From an uncultured Ktedonobacteraceae bacterium (GTDB lineage Bacteria > Acidobacteriota > Terriglobia > Terriglobales > Acidobacteriaceae): DNA of 64,000 bases. The notes beneath the pieces were generated by a model. That model was not told where the DNA came from. It worked only from the letters and a program-made list of their open reading frames with translations, and searched no databases. Shown here in pieces: positions 48,187-57,530 of this stretch (the first letter of the stretch is position 1; each line of letters opens with the position of its first letter). Made by a program: the position numbers and the translations under genes. Where the stretch lies: positions 6,192-70,191 of the forward strand of contig CAZZUX010000006.1 in assembly GCA_964657395.1 (NCBI GenBank). The letters run 5' to 3'.

Positions 48187-49535
48187 TGCGGCTGCGCATA
48201 TCAAGGTCGGGTTTGCTGATGATAGTGCTGCTGGGTTGCGCCGGGGCTGGAGCGCAGAAGTTCCCGGTCGCGCTGAAGGGCACGATCGTTGCTCCGGATG
48301 GTGTCCTCAATCGGGGCACGGTGTTGATCCAGAATGGTCTCGTCCTTGCAGCCGGAACGCAGTTAACATTGCCGGCCGGTGTGAAGGTGATCGAAACGGA
48401 TGCGGTCATCGCACCAGGATTGATCGACCTGCACAATCATCTGACCTGGAACATTTTTCCGCGTTGGAGACCGTCGCAAGAGTTTGGCAACCGCTACGAC
48501 TGGCAGCAGAAGCCGGCCTATAACGTGCTCATGACTGTTCCACATAAAAAGCTTGTGGAAGAGGGACTGGAGTGCGATATGGAGCGCTATGCAGAGATCA
48601 AGGCGATCACTGAGGGCGAGACCAGTGTGACGGGAAGTCTCCATGCAGCCTGTGTGCATGGACTGGCGCGCAACCTTGATGAGGACGCGGAGCTGACGAC
48701 GCCTCACGGCAGGCTGATCTACAACGTCTTTCCTTTCCAGATGAGCGAGGCAGAACTTGCCGAAGCGAAGGTGGCACTGGAAGCAAAACCGCGCGGAGCC
48801 TTATTGATTCACGTGGCCGAAGGTGCTCCGCACGATGCCGCGGCAACGCGCGAGTTCCAGATGCTGAAAGGGCGTGGACTATTGATGCCCGGGGTTTCCA
48901 TCATCCACGGAGTAGCGCTGCAGCCGCCAGACTTTGCGGCCATGGCGGAGCACGGAGTCGGCTTTGTATGGTCGCCACGCAGCAATATCGAACTCTATGG
49001 CGATACTGCGGATGTGGCTGCTGCGCGTACAGCGGGAGTCACGATGGCGCTTGCTCCGGATTGGAGCCCGACGGGGAGTGATGGTCTGCTGGGTGAGCTC
49101 AACTACGCGTCGGTGTGGAACCAGACGCAGGTGAAGCCGCCATTTCGAGACAGCGACCTGGTTGCCATGGCAACAGCAAATGCGGCGAAGCTGGCAGGGC
49201 TGCAAGATGAGCTTGGATCGCTCGCAACCGGGCATGCAGCGGACCTGATCGTGGTGCGAAGGAGAGCGGGCGAGAAGCAGGATGCATACTGGACGCTGAC
49301 CCATGCAACGCCGCAGGCTCTGGAGCTTGTCCTGGTCGGAGGGGTTGCGATGTATGGAGATCGTGCTTTGGTCGAGAAAATTACAACCCAGCCTCTGGAG
49401 CCGATGGAAGTCTGCGGAACTGCCAAGGTCATTCCGCTGGCAGGCCACTCTTATGCAGAGATTGAAGCAGAGCTGGACACTGCGATGAACCAGTATGGAC
49501 GGAAGCTGGCGCCGCTTTCCGAATGTGGCCAGTAG
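48186..49535 (+). CDS. secreted amidohydrolase-family metallohydrolase
   Basis: Signal peptide (LLMIVLLGCAGAGAQ) and the LIDLHNHLTWN metal-binding HxH motif. The ATG shares its A with the kinase stop (TGATG). Confidence 0.8.
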   Translation: MRLRISRSGLLMIVLLGCAGAGAQKFPVALKGTIVAPDGVLNRGTVLIQNGLVLAAGTQLTLPAGVKVIETDAVIAPGLIDLHNHLTWNIFPRWRPSQEFGNRYDWQQKPAYNVLMTVPHKKLVEEGLECDMERYAEIKAITEGETSVTGSLHAACVHGLARNLDEDAELTTPHGRLIYNVFPFQMSEAELAEAKVALEAKPRGALLIHVAEGAPHDAAATREFQMLKGRGLLMPGVSIIHGVALQPPDFAAMAEHGVGFVWSPRSNIELYGDTADVAAARTAGVTMALAPDWSPTGSDGLLGELNYASVWNQTQVKPPFRDSDLVAMATANAAKLAGLQDELGSLATGHAADLIVVRRRAGEKQDAYWTLTHATPQALELVLVGGVAMYGDRALVEKITTQPLEPMEVCGTAKVIPLAGHSYAEIEAELDTAMNQYGRKLAPLSECGQ

Positions 49536-49541
49536 CGACTG

Positions 49542-51206
49542 CTATTTCTGCTGCACCTCGACCGCGTCAGTCAACTCAATGGCCTTGCGGTCCGCGGGAA
49601 CTGTCACTTTCACTTCCCTGGCCAGGTAGCGTTCCATAACGATGGGTCGCGCCCATTCAAGCGACCAGCCGTCGTCGATAGCGATCAGGGTGTAGCGGCC
49701 GGGCAACACCTGTTTGAGGGAGAAGCTGCCATCGGAGTCGGTCTGATCGCGACGGTAAGCGTCGGCATGTCCATCTGGATCAGCGGGGATGAGGACGATC
49801 ATGGCACCGGCGTACGGCCTGCCATCCTGCTTCGCAAATCCAGTGACATTGGTTCGGCCCACCTCGATGAGAGCTGCGAGGGTTGCGGAGCTGCTGCCGA
49901 TCTTGACCAGACTGCCTTTGCTGGAAGCACTGTGGACAGAGACGCTCATTACGCCCACAGCGTCCTGTGATGAGAAGACCGAGAGGCGGTATTCACCCGG
50001 CGCTACGCCGCCCAGCCGGAACTTGCCGGTGTTGTCGACGTTAGTGAAATTGTTGCCGCCGATCGAACCTGCCGGGTCAACGAGGCCGACCTGCAGTCCG
50101 GAGGGCAGGGAACCGCCGCCTGCCATGGCAACGATCCCGCTGACATCCGCGAGTGGATCAAGCGCGGAAGGTGCTACCGGCTGAGAAGCATCGGCGGCAT
50201 CTGCTGTTGCGTCGATGATCGTTGAGCTGCTTTTCCCTTTTCCGGCTCCTGAGATCTGTAATTCGTAGTGGCCGGGTGCGACCGTGAGCTCGCCGATCTG
50301 TTCGCCACCTTCCTGCTGCGTGTAGGTCACGGAAGCCTGCACCATCTCGTCCGCGCCGAAGCGTTTGATCCGCAACTGTGGAAAGGGCGTAGCCCCGTTC
50401 TGCGCGTGAAAGGGCAGCGTGATGTGCACTGCCCGTTCCGCGTGCATGGTGATGTTGATGGGCACCCGGTCTCCTGCCTTTATGGCGATGGGCGTTGCTG
50501 TATCCGGATCGGTGACGTCGCCATAGTAGGTGGTCGCGAAGGCGACATCGAGAGGGGAACGTGTCTGCGATGCGCGGATACCCGGTGGCACCTGGCGGTG
50601 CGTGGCATACCAAGGGGTTGCACTGACTCCGACGAAGTATGTGCCGGGTGAAACATTCGCGAGCTCATAGGTACCGGCATCATCCGTACTGGCACTGGAG
50701 GAGGGAATGATCCTGTTTCTGCCGATCTGGTCATCCTGCCTGTAAAGGGTGAGCTGTGCCTGGGGCACGGGGTCGCCTGCTTCATCTGTAATAGTGCCTG
50801 AGAGTATGGCATGAGGAGCAAGGGTGAGTACCAGGCCGGTGGTGGCCTGGCCTTCACCGGTCACGATGCCGGTGAAGAAGCCTTCATGCTCCTTGTAGCC
50901 GGCAGAGATGAATCCGCGGTGTGCAGCCTGGATCGCGAATTTGCCATCGGGAAGATGTTCAAAGACGAAGCGGCCTTCTGCATCGGTGCGGGTGTTCATG
51001 CGGAGAGGGCCGCCATAGCTGTCGGAGAGGCTGACCTCTGCGTCGATTATCGGCGCCGCCGTGCCTTGATTGACGACCACACCGCTGATGATGCGATCGC
51101 CTTTCGTGCGTGACTGGCTTACGGTAGAGGCAGATTGCGGCAAGGCTGGTTTGCCCAGACCGAAGATCATGAACACAGCGAGCAGTGAGTGGAGGGGGCG
51201 GCTCAT
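49542..51206 (-). CDS. secreted carboxypeptidase-regulatory-like (CarboxypepD_reg) multi-domain protein
   Basis: 554 aa from MSRPLHSLLAVFMIFGLG, with repeated beta-sandwich motifs (GVVVNQGTAAPIIDAEVSL...TDAEGRFVFEHLPDGKF). The ORF opens at 51251 but would then overlap the upstream gene. Confidence 0.78.
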   Translation of the reverse strand: MSRPLHSLLAVFMIFGLGKPALPQSASTVSQSRTKGDRIISGVVVNQGTAAPIIDAEVSLSDSYGGPLRMNTRTDAEGRFVFEHLPDGKFAIQAAHRGFISAGYKEHEGFFTGIVTGEGQATTGLVLTLAPHAILSGTITDEAGDPVPQAQLTLYRQDDQIGRNRIIPSSSASTDDAGTYELANVSPGTYFVGVSATPWYATHRQVPPGIRASQTRSPLDVAFATTYYGDVTDPDTATPIAIKAGDRVPINITMHAERAVHITLPFHAQNGATPFPQLRIKRFGADEMVQASVTYTQQEGGEQIGELTVAPGHYELQISGAGKGKSSSTIIDATADAADASQPVAPSALDPLADVSGIVAMAGGGSLPSGLQVGLVDPAGSIGGNNFTNVDNTGKFRLGGVAPGEYRLSVFSSQDAVGVMSVSVHSASSKGSLVKIGSSSATLAALIEVGRTNVTGFAKQDGRPYAGAMIVLIPADPDGHADAYRRDQTDSDGSFSLKQVLPGRYTLIAIDDGWSLEWARPIVMERYLAREVKVTVPADRKAIELTDAVEVQQK

Positions 51207-51213
51207 GAATCCA

Positions 51214-52878
51214 TCAATCCTGCGACGCGTCTTCGGAGACGTTTGCGTCATTCACATGGCTGATGGAAAGAGTCACAGTCGCTTTGCCGCCGGCTTCGAC
51301 AGTCACGGTCTGCCCCTTGCGGAGATAGCGATTCAGATCGTCCTTATCCACGTCGTCAATGTTGATGGATTGATCGAGCGCGATAACGCGATAGGTGCCG
51401 GGAGGGACGGGAGTCATCGACGCCTCCATGTTGAGGGGTGCGCCCATCTGCGGAGGCATCTGCGTGGTTTGTGCCTGGGGAATGGCGTAGACAAAAGCAA
51501 TGGGCGGTGAGTCGCCAGCTGCGGCGTTCTGCAATACGCTGGAACGAACGGTGCAGCCGATCTGACCTGGGTCGTTGCGGACGGTGATCTCGATCGGCTG
51601 TGATGCGCCGCCGGGTCCGACGACCAGCGGTTCTCGCTCGAGGTCGATGCCACCGCTGGTGATGGTGCTGGCGTAGCCTTCCTGTGGATAGACCTGCACC
51701 CAGTAGCGGCCGGGCTGTGTGCCGGTGAGTTGGAGGCTGGAATTGTCAGAGCTTGCGGGAGGCCGCTCCAGCCTGCTTGCTCCGCCTGCTTGTCCATTTA
51801 CGGATTCCAGGCCTACGCTGATGCCGAAGGTGTCACTAGGAAGGATCTCGCCAGCGCCCGCTACTCGATCGAGTATTGGTGGAGGTTTTTCAGAGAAATT
51901 TCGATGGACGTTTACCGCAATAGGTAACAGTGGCAGCACTGTCACGCTCAAACCCGTGGGTGGCGCTCCTGCTACCTGGAAATCTATGCGGCCAAAGAGC
52001 GATGTCTGACCATTCAACTCCGCTACAACTGAATACTGACCGTCCGGGAGTCTGGCGCTGGCCTGGTGGCTCTGCGAATTCCACTGGATTGCCTGCTGCA
52101 TCGGAGTGCCGTTCTCATCGAAGAGCTGAAAACCGGGCGGAACGCCGTTGGGAAGCCCCCGGACCTCGATGGCTACGGCATGGAACTCCTGACGCGTGAG
52201 GACCAGGTTGATGTTCACCTGCTGACCACGGGCAAGCCTGAGTCCAGAGTCACTCGATTGTTGTGCTGCTGGATAGGAGGCAGCCGGATAGCCGAAGACT
52301 TTGGCGGTATCGTTCGCTGGCTCGGCGAGGCGCCCGTTGTTCTCAGCGAGTGGGCTGGTTCGCAGCATAAAAGTTCCTACCTGCGGCGGCACCAGCCGGA
52401 AAGAACCATCGCTGCGGGCAACAGCAGCGCCTGCGAACTCCCAGATGCGCGCTCCATGGCGCATGCGCGCGCGGTAGGCCATGATCTGGATGCCGGCTGC
52501 GTCGGCCTCGTCCGGCATCTCGATATGGCCGGTGATCAGGGCCTGAGGATTGAGCTGGAAGGTGACTTCCGGCGTGTTCGCCGAAACCTGGATAGTGCGC
52601 GTGCCACCCTGGTTCTGCACATCAAAGCCCGGCCGCCGCGCTGTGATAGTGACTGTCTGCGCCGGCAGCTGGAGTTCAAAGCGTCCATTGCTGTCGGTCA
52701 GGGCTGCGTCGGACTGCTCCTCGACGAGGGCGCGAGGGATCGGCTCATGGGTGACGCTGTTCAGCACGATGCCGTTTACGGGATAGGTCTGCGTCGAATC
52801 CTGCGCGAAGCCATAGCCGGTGGCTAACAGAAGCAGCGGAAAGAAGCGACGCAGGTTCCAGGGACAGCGACAGGGCAC
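51214..52878 (-). CDS. secreted carboxypeptidase-regulatory-like multi-domain protein (paralogue of the downstream gene)
   Basis: 554 aa. Signal peptide RRFFPLLLLATGYGFAQ, and NGIVLNSVTHEPIPRALVEE...TDSNGRFELQLP. The C-terminal region is similar to the neighbouring gene. Confidence 0.78.
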   Translation of the reverse strand: MPCRCPWNLRRFFPLLLLATGYGFAQDSTQTYPVNGIVLNSVTHEPIPRALVEEQSDAALTDSNGRFELQLPAQTVTITARRPGFDVQNQGGTRTIQVSANTPEVTFQLNPQALITGHIEMPDEADAAGIQIMAYRARMRHGARIWEFAGAAVARSDGSFRLVPPQVGTFMLRTSPLAENNGRLAEPANDTAKVFGYPAASYPAAQQSSDSGLRLARGQQVNINLVLTRQEFHAVAIEVRGLPNGVPPGFQLFDENGTPMQQAIQWNSQSHQASARLPDGQYSVVAELNGQTSLFGRIDFQVAGAPPTGLSVTVLPLLPIAVNVHRNFSEKPPPILDRVAGAGEILPSDTFGISVGLESVNGQAGGASRLERPPASSDNSSLQLTGTQPGRYWVQVYPQEGYASTITSGGIDLEREPLVVGPGGASQPIEITVRNDPGQIGCTVRSSVLQNAAAGDSPPIAFVYAIPQAQTTQMPPQMGAPLNMEASMTPVPPGTYRVIALDQSINIDDVDKDDLNRYLRKGQTVTVEAGGKATVTLSISHVNDANVSEDASQD

Positions 52879-52980
52879 AATCCAAACCTTAGAAGAGAAT
52901 ACCTGCTGCGTTCAAGCAGTTTCGCGGACGCAAACGACGAACGCCCCGCGGAGGCGAGGCGTTGCCGGACAGCGTGTCGG

Positions 52981-54615
52981 TTAAAAGAAGTGGCGAAAGA
53001 CCCAGAAGAGCGTGGCTGAGAGCAACGCCGCCGCCGGCAGGGTCAGGACCCAGGCCATGGCGATGTTGCGTAGGGTGCTGACCTGCAGACCGCTTTTGTT
53101 CGCGGCCATGGTACCGGCAACTCCGGATGAGAGCACATGCGTGGTCGAAACAGGCATCTTGTACTGGTCGGCCAGGATGATGGTGATGGCGGCCACAATC
53201 TCCGCCGACATGCCCTGCGCATAGGTCAGGTGCGTCTTGCCGATCTTCTCGCCGACGGTGACCACGATGCGCTTCCAGCCGATCATCGTGCCCATGCCGA
53301 GAGCCAGCGCGACAGCAACTTTGACCCAGGTCGGGATGAACTTGGTTGCTGTATCCAGCTGGCCCTTGTAGAGCGTAAGCGCAGACTGATCGGTGGCGGA
53401 GAAGGTGGGATTCTTGAGCTTGCCCATGACGCGCAGGGCTTCGCTTTCGAGGTACATGTCGTTACGGACGTTGCGCTGCATGTTTGCAGGCACGCCGCGG
53501 AGGGACTTGTACTGGGTGACTTCGTACTCGATCTTCTGGGCCAGGACAGCCATGGCGCCCGTGGTGTCAGGAGAGAACTTGCGTTCGCTGATGAAGCGCT
53601 CGACTTCACCATCCTGGGTACCATTGCTGTCGCCGCCTTTGGCAGAAGTAGCAGGTGTATCGGTGGCTTTTGCCTGTCTCAGGATGTTGACTGCCTGGGA
53701 GGACGAAGCGACAAAGGCAGGTACCTGGTCCGGACCAACGGCATGGTTCAGCGCGTAGGCAGTGGGTACGGTCCCGATGAGGATGAGCATGATCAGTCCC
53801 ATGCCCTTCTGACCATCATTCGATCCGTGACCGTAGCTGACGCCGGTGCAGGTAAGGATCAGCATGCAGCGGATCCAGAATGGCGGTGGTTCTGTGCCTT
53901 TTGGTGCTTCGTAGAGGGCCGGATCCTTGATGACAAACTTCATAAGCAGGAGCAGCAGGCCGGCAAAGACGAAGCCGACAACTGGCGAGATCAGCAGGAC
54001 TTTGAAGACGTTGGTGACCTGGGTCCAGTCGACGCCCGAGGTATGCGTCGCGCTTGGAGCCAGGTATTGGTTTGCAAGACCGACGCCAATGATTGAGCCG
54101 ATCATTGTGTGAGAGCTGGAGGCCGGCAGGCCGAGCCACCAGGTCGCCAGGTTCCACAGGATCGCAGCAATCAACAGCGCGAAGACCATGGCAAACCCGG
54201 CGCCCGCGCCCACCTGCAGGATCAATTCAACAGGCAGGAGCGTAATGATGGTGTAGGCAACGCCTCCGCTTGAAAGCAGCACGCCGATGAAGTTCCAGGT
54301 GCCGCTCCAGAGCACCGCGAAATGCGGTTCGAGAGAGTGGGTGTAGATGACCGTCGCAACGGCGTTGGCTGTGTCATGGAAGCCGTTTACGAACTCGAAT
54401 CCGAGCGCGATCGTGAGCGCAATGCCGAGTAGAACAAAGGGCCATGCCGAGGCATTATGGACGCTCGCCAGGTCTCCGGCAACCTTGGTCGCGATATAGA
54501 GGATGCCGCATACGAAGAGCACTCCGGCCGCAACAATGCCCCATTGCGCCGGGGTACGCTTGGCCTTTTGCGGGGAAAGCGGCGAGGCGCTCATTTTCGG
54601 AAGAACAGTTGCCAT
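52981..54615 (-). CDS. inorganic phosphate transporter, PiT (PHO4) family
   Basis: 544 aa. Duplicated GFHDTANAVAT / GSNDGQKGMG signatures and a large central hydrophilic loop. Confidence 0.92.
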   Translation of the reverse strand: MATVLPKMSASPLSPQKAKRTPAQWGIVAAGVLFVCGILYIATKVAGDLASVHNASAWPFVLLGIALTIALGFEFVNGFHDTANAVATVIYTHSLEPHFAVLWSGTWNFIGVLLSSGGVAYTIITLLPVELILQVGAGAGFAMVFALLIAAILWNLATWWLGLPASSSHTMIGSIIGVGLANQYLAPSATHTSGVDWTQVTNVFKVLLISPVVGFVFAGLLLLLMKFVIKDPALYEAPKGTEPPPFWIRCMLILTCTGVSYGHGSNDGQKGMGLIMLILIGTVPTAYALNHAVGPDQVPAFVASSSQAVNILRQAKATDTPATSAKGGDSNGTQDGEVERFISERKFSPDTTGAMAVLAQKIEYEVTQYKSLRGVPANMQRNVRNDMYLESEALRVMGKLKNPTFSATDQSALTLYKGQLDTATKFIPTWVKVAVALALGMGTMIGWKRIVVTVGEKIGKTHLTYAQGMSAEIVAAITIILADQYKMPVSTTHVLSSGVAGTMAANKSGLQVSTLRNIAMAWVLTLPAAALLSATLFWVFRHFF

Positions 54616-54864
54616 TGGAGCTCCATGGATGGACGAAAGTCGAGGAGGCAGCGGGGAAGGATCAGGTCGAACACCCTCCGCTGGTCTCTAAAGTTGTAGA
54701 GGAAGTCTCTTGAAGGTTTGGTCAATGCCCGATGAATTCGCTGGCTGACCTGCGGCTGATCGTAACCGCGCAGGGTAATAGCTGGAACGGGTGATAGCTC
54801 TGAAGCGTGCCTAGACGTACTGTGGTGCCTGACACCTCATCCTGGTACGGAGAGGCCTAAGGCA

Positions 54865-54894
54865 GGGTCCGGCGAGAACCGGGCCCCTTTTTTT
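54865..54894 (+). terminator. orphan plus-strand intrinsic terminator
   Basis: GGGTCCGG-CGAGAA-CCGGGCCC (8-bp stem, one G-U pair) followed by C and T7. No plus-strand CDS lies upstream of it. Confidence 0.6.
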
Positions 54895-54906
54895 GGTCTG
54901 GAATGC

Positions 54907-56391
54907 TTAGATTCCCGGGTGCTGCGGAGCTGAGTTTTCCGGCTCCGGCTTTTCTGCAGGGTCGTCATGCACGATGGCATAGTCGCCTTCCTCCAGTTTG
55001 CCGTGCAGCTTGGAAAGCCAGCCGAGTGTTCGACTTACGGGCCAGACAGTCCACGTCGCCGGGATGATGCCTGACTCCAGTTCGCACACCAGGGCAATCC
55101 TGGACTCGGTACCAGTGAACGGCTCAAGCTCAGCAGAGGGAAAGTCGTGCCGGTAGATTTCGTTCTGCTGCTCGTCCTGCAGGGTGACATACCAGAAGTT
55201 CTGATCTCTGAAAGCCGCAGGAGACATCCTGGCGGGATCGATGAGGATGCGGACTATCCAGGGATAGATGTGGTCCTGCCAGTCAGCCTTAGCTGGTGGA
55301 TTGGGCGGTTCTTCGGAACGCCGGGTGTAGTCCTGCATTTTGCGGCTCGCGAAAGAGAGGCCGGCGTATTGTTCATAGTCGGCGAGGGTGCGGGCGGTAC
55401 CCAGGCCGAAGCTGTCGACAGACTGGCCCTGAAGAAGGCGAATGACCTTGTCGCGGCTGCGGGCGTCGTGTTTGTCCCAGGCGTGAACTTCACTCGGAGC
55501 TTGTCCCGGGGTGTGATCCTCCCAGTGACGGGTGGCATACCTCCGGACGTAGTCATGCCAGACCAGCAGCTCGTGCGGGTGGAAGAGGTCGTAGCCATGG
55601 GTGTACGCGCGCAGAGTCATTGCGATCTCTTCGCCAAAGAAATAGAGTTCGGGATCGTAGCCGACTTCTCTCACAAAAGCGCCAATGGTGAAAAGGAAGC
55701 CGGCAGCCAGGAAGCGTGCACGCAGCGGCTGCGAACGGGTGCGCCAATCTGCGATGTCGACAGGCTTGAGCTGAGGCAGACCTTCGGGTGTGAATCCGCC
55801 AATGGCCATCTTCTGTGGATTACCGGCAAGGATCTCTCGGTTGTCGTTGTCAGCCGGAGTGAAGGGTGAGGCGTAGGTGCTCAGGAGAGGGCGGGCACTC
55901 CCGGTTGCGGCCGCGGCGACGATCATTCGGCTATCCCAGCCGGCGGCGAAGCGGCAATGAGAATCTACCTGCAAGAACCATGCTTCTCCCTGCCATTGGT
56001 CCAGGATCGACGCCCGGGCCCAGCAGGCGCCGCGGCTGTCGCGCCAGTCCACGTCGAGGATGCGGAAGCGAGGATCGCCTGCCCAGGGCAATGCGGCCTC
56101 TTCTGCTCCATGCTGCCAGCAGATGCCGAAGCGCAGCCGTTCAGGATGCGCTGCCTTCGCCAGGCAGTCGGCAATCGTGGGGAGCAGCTGCGGGTCGCGA
56201 TAGGAGGCAATCGAGACAAAGATCAGGTCGTTGCAGTGGTCTTGACTATCGTTGGTCGGGTCATCGACCTGGCCTTGAGGACTGCCGTGAGGCGGTGCTT
56301 GCACGACTTGATGGTCGCCGGGGAACTGTACCTGCGTCAATTCACCAGCCTGCACGTTACCCAAGCCATTTGGGATTGGCGGCAGTTCCAT
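54907..56391 (-). CDS. GlcNAc-transferase family glycosyltransferase with an uncharacterised C-terminal domain
   Basis: IFVSIASYRDPQLLPTIADCLAKAAHPERLRFGICWQH resembles the Pfam GlcNAc transferase family, as recalled from memory. Start is either ATG 56391 (35-nt overlap with the upstream gene) or GTG 56355. Confidence 0.7.
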   Translation of the reverse strand: MELPPIPNGLGNVQAGELTQVQFPGDHQVVQAPPHGSPQGQVDDPTNDSQDHCNDLIFVSIASYRDPQLLPTIADCLAKAAHPERLRFGICWQHGAEEAALPWAGDPRFRILDVDWRDSRGACWARASILDQWQGEAWFLQVDSHCRFAAGWDSRMIVAAAATGSARPLLSTYASPFTPADNDNREILAGNPQKMAIGGFTPEGLPQLKPVDIADWRTRSQPLRARFLAAGFLFTIGAFVREVGYDPELYFFGEEIAMTLRAYTHGYDLFHPHELLVWHDYVRRYATRHWEDHTPGQAPSEVHAWDKHDARSRDKVIRLLQGQSVDSFGLGTARTLADYEQYAGLSFASRKMQDYTRRSEEPPNPPAKADWQDHIYPWIVRILIDPARMSPAAFRDQNFWYVTLQDEQQNEIYRHDFPSAELEPFTGTESRIALVCELESGIIPATWTVWPVSRTLGWLSKLHGKLEEGDYAIVHDDPAEKPEPENSAPQHPGI

Positions 56392-57388
56392 CAAAGTGCG
56401 ACGTGGTCTTGAACAATTCAAACTTGCCTTCACTAGCTGCGAGCTGAGTCCGGTCGAGCAGAGCCTTGACCTCCGCCTGGCTGAGCGGCTTGAAGGTGCG
56501 GGCGGCTTCAAGAGCCTGATCAAGGACCTCCTGCGTGTCGATGCCGGTGATCACGACCGAGACCGGCTGAGTGAGGCTGTAGTGCAGGGCCTCGATCGGT
56601 TTGACCGTGTTGCTCGAAAGGATGAAGTTGTCGCCGAAGGTCTTCATGGCCAGGACGCCGATGCCCTGCTCGATGGCGACGGGCATGACCTGTTTGGTGA
56701 AGGAACGGAAATGAGCGTCCATCACGTTGATCGGCATCTGGATGGTGTCGAAGTGGAAGTTATGCTTTTTGGCTGTCTCCAGCATGCGCAGATGGACGGC
56801 CGGATCCTTGTGGCCGGTGAAGCCGATGAAGCGGATCTTTCCAGCCTTCTGCGCAGCAACAGCGGCTTCGATCGCTCCGCCGACAGCGAAGATGCGATCA
56901 GGGTCTTCCATCCGGATGACTTCATGAAACTGGACCAGGTCGATGACATCTGTCTGGAGGCGGCCCAGCGACTGCTCAAGCTGCTTGTTGTACTCGTCCG
57001 CCGTGCGGCCGTCCATCTTGGTCATTAAAAAGACCCTCTGACGGTAGCCATTGCGCAAAGCCTGGCCGACGCGGACTTCCGAGATGCCGTCGTTATAGTC
57101 CCAGCAGTTGTCGATGAAGTTGATGCCGTGGTCAATCCCGGCATGGATGAGGTTGATGCTGTCCTTCGCGTCCTTCTGTTTGCCAAGGTGAGCACCACCC
57201 ATGCCTATGGCGGAGACAGCTTCGCCTGTTCTGCCGAGCATGCGATAAATCATGTCGGGTGTCCGCGGCAGATTCATGGTGTTGCCGATGAAAAATCCGG
57301 GCTTTGCCTTACTTTGCGCACGAGCCCCGGAAGCGGCTGCAGTGATGCCGGCGACAGTGGCTGACTTCAGGAATTCTCGGCGTTCCAT
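56357..57388 (-). CDS. aldo/keto reductase with a twin-arginine signal peptide
   Basis: Start set at MERREFLKSATVAGITAAASGARA (Tat motif RREFLK). AKR motifs are present (GINFIDNCWDYNDG, GKIRFIGFTGH). The 145 codons upstream in the track ORF are judged spurious. Confidence 0.85.
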   Translation of the reverse strand: MERREFLKSATVAGITAAASGARAQSKAKPGFFIGNTMNLPRTPDMIYRMLGRTGEAVSAIGMGGAHLGKQKDAKDSINLIHAGIDHGINFIDNCWDYNDGISEVRVGQALRNGYRQRVFLMTKMDGRTADEYNKQLEQSLGRLQTDVIDLVQFHEVIRMEDPDRIFAVGGAIEAAVAAQKAGKIRFIGFTGHKDPAVHLRMLETAKKHNFHFDTIQMPINVMDAHFRSFTKQVMPVAIEQGIGVLAMKTFGDNFILSSNTVKPIEALHYSLTQPVSVVITGIDTQEVLDQALEAARTFKPLSQAEVKALLDRTQLAASEGKFELFKTTSHFDGTAANPKWLG

Positions 57389-57530
57389 ACGTAGTTTCTC
57401 CGGGGCTTTCACCATGGGATGCGTTCCGGTGTAATGTCGGGCGGCGGCGGGGATGGAAGTTGGTTGAAGCCTGCGCCTGGCGGCGGTGAAACTGCCTGAT
57501 AGGCTGGAGACGAATCCAAGGAGCGATGAA

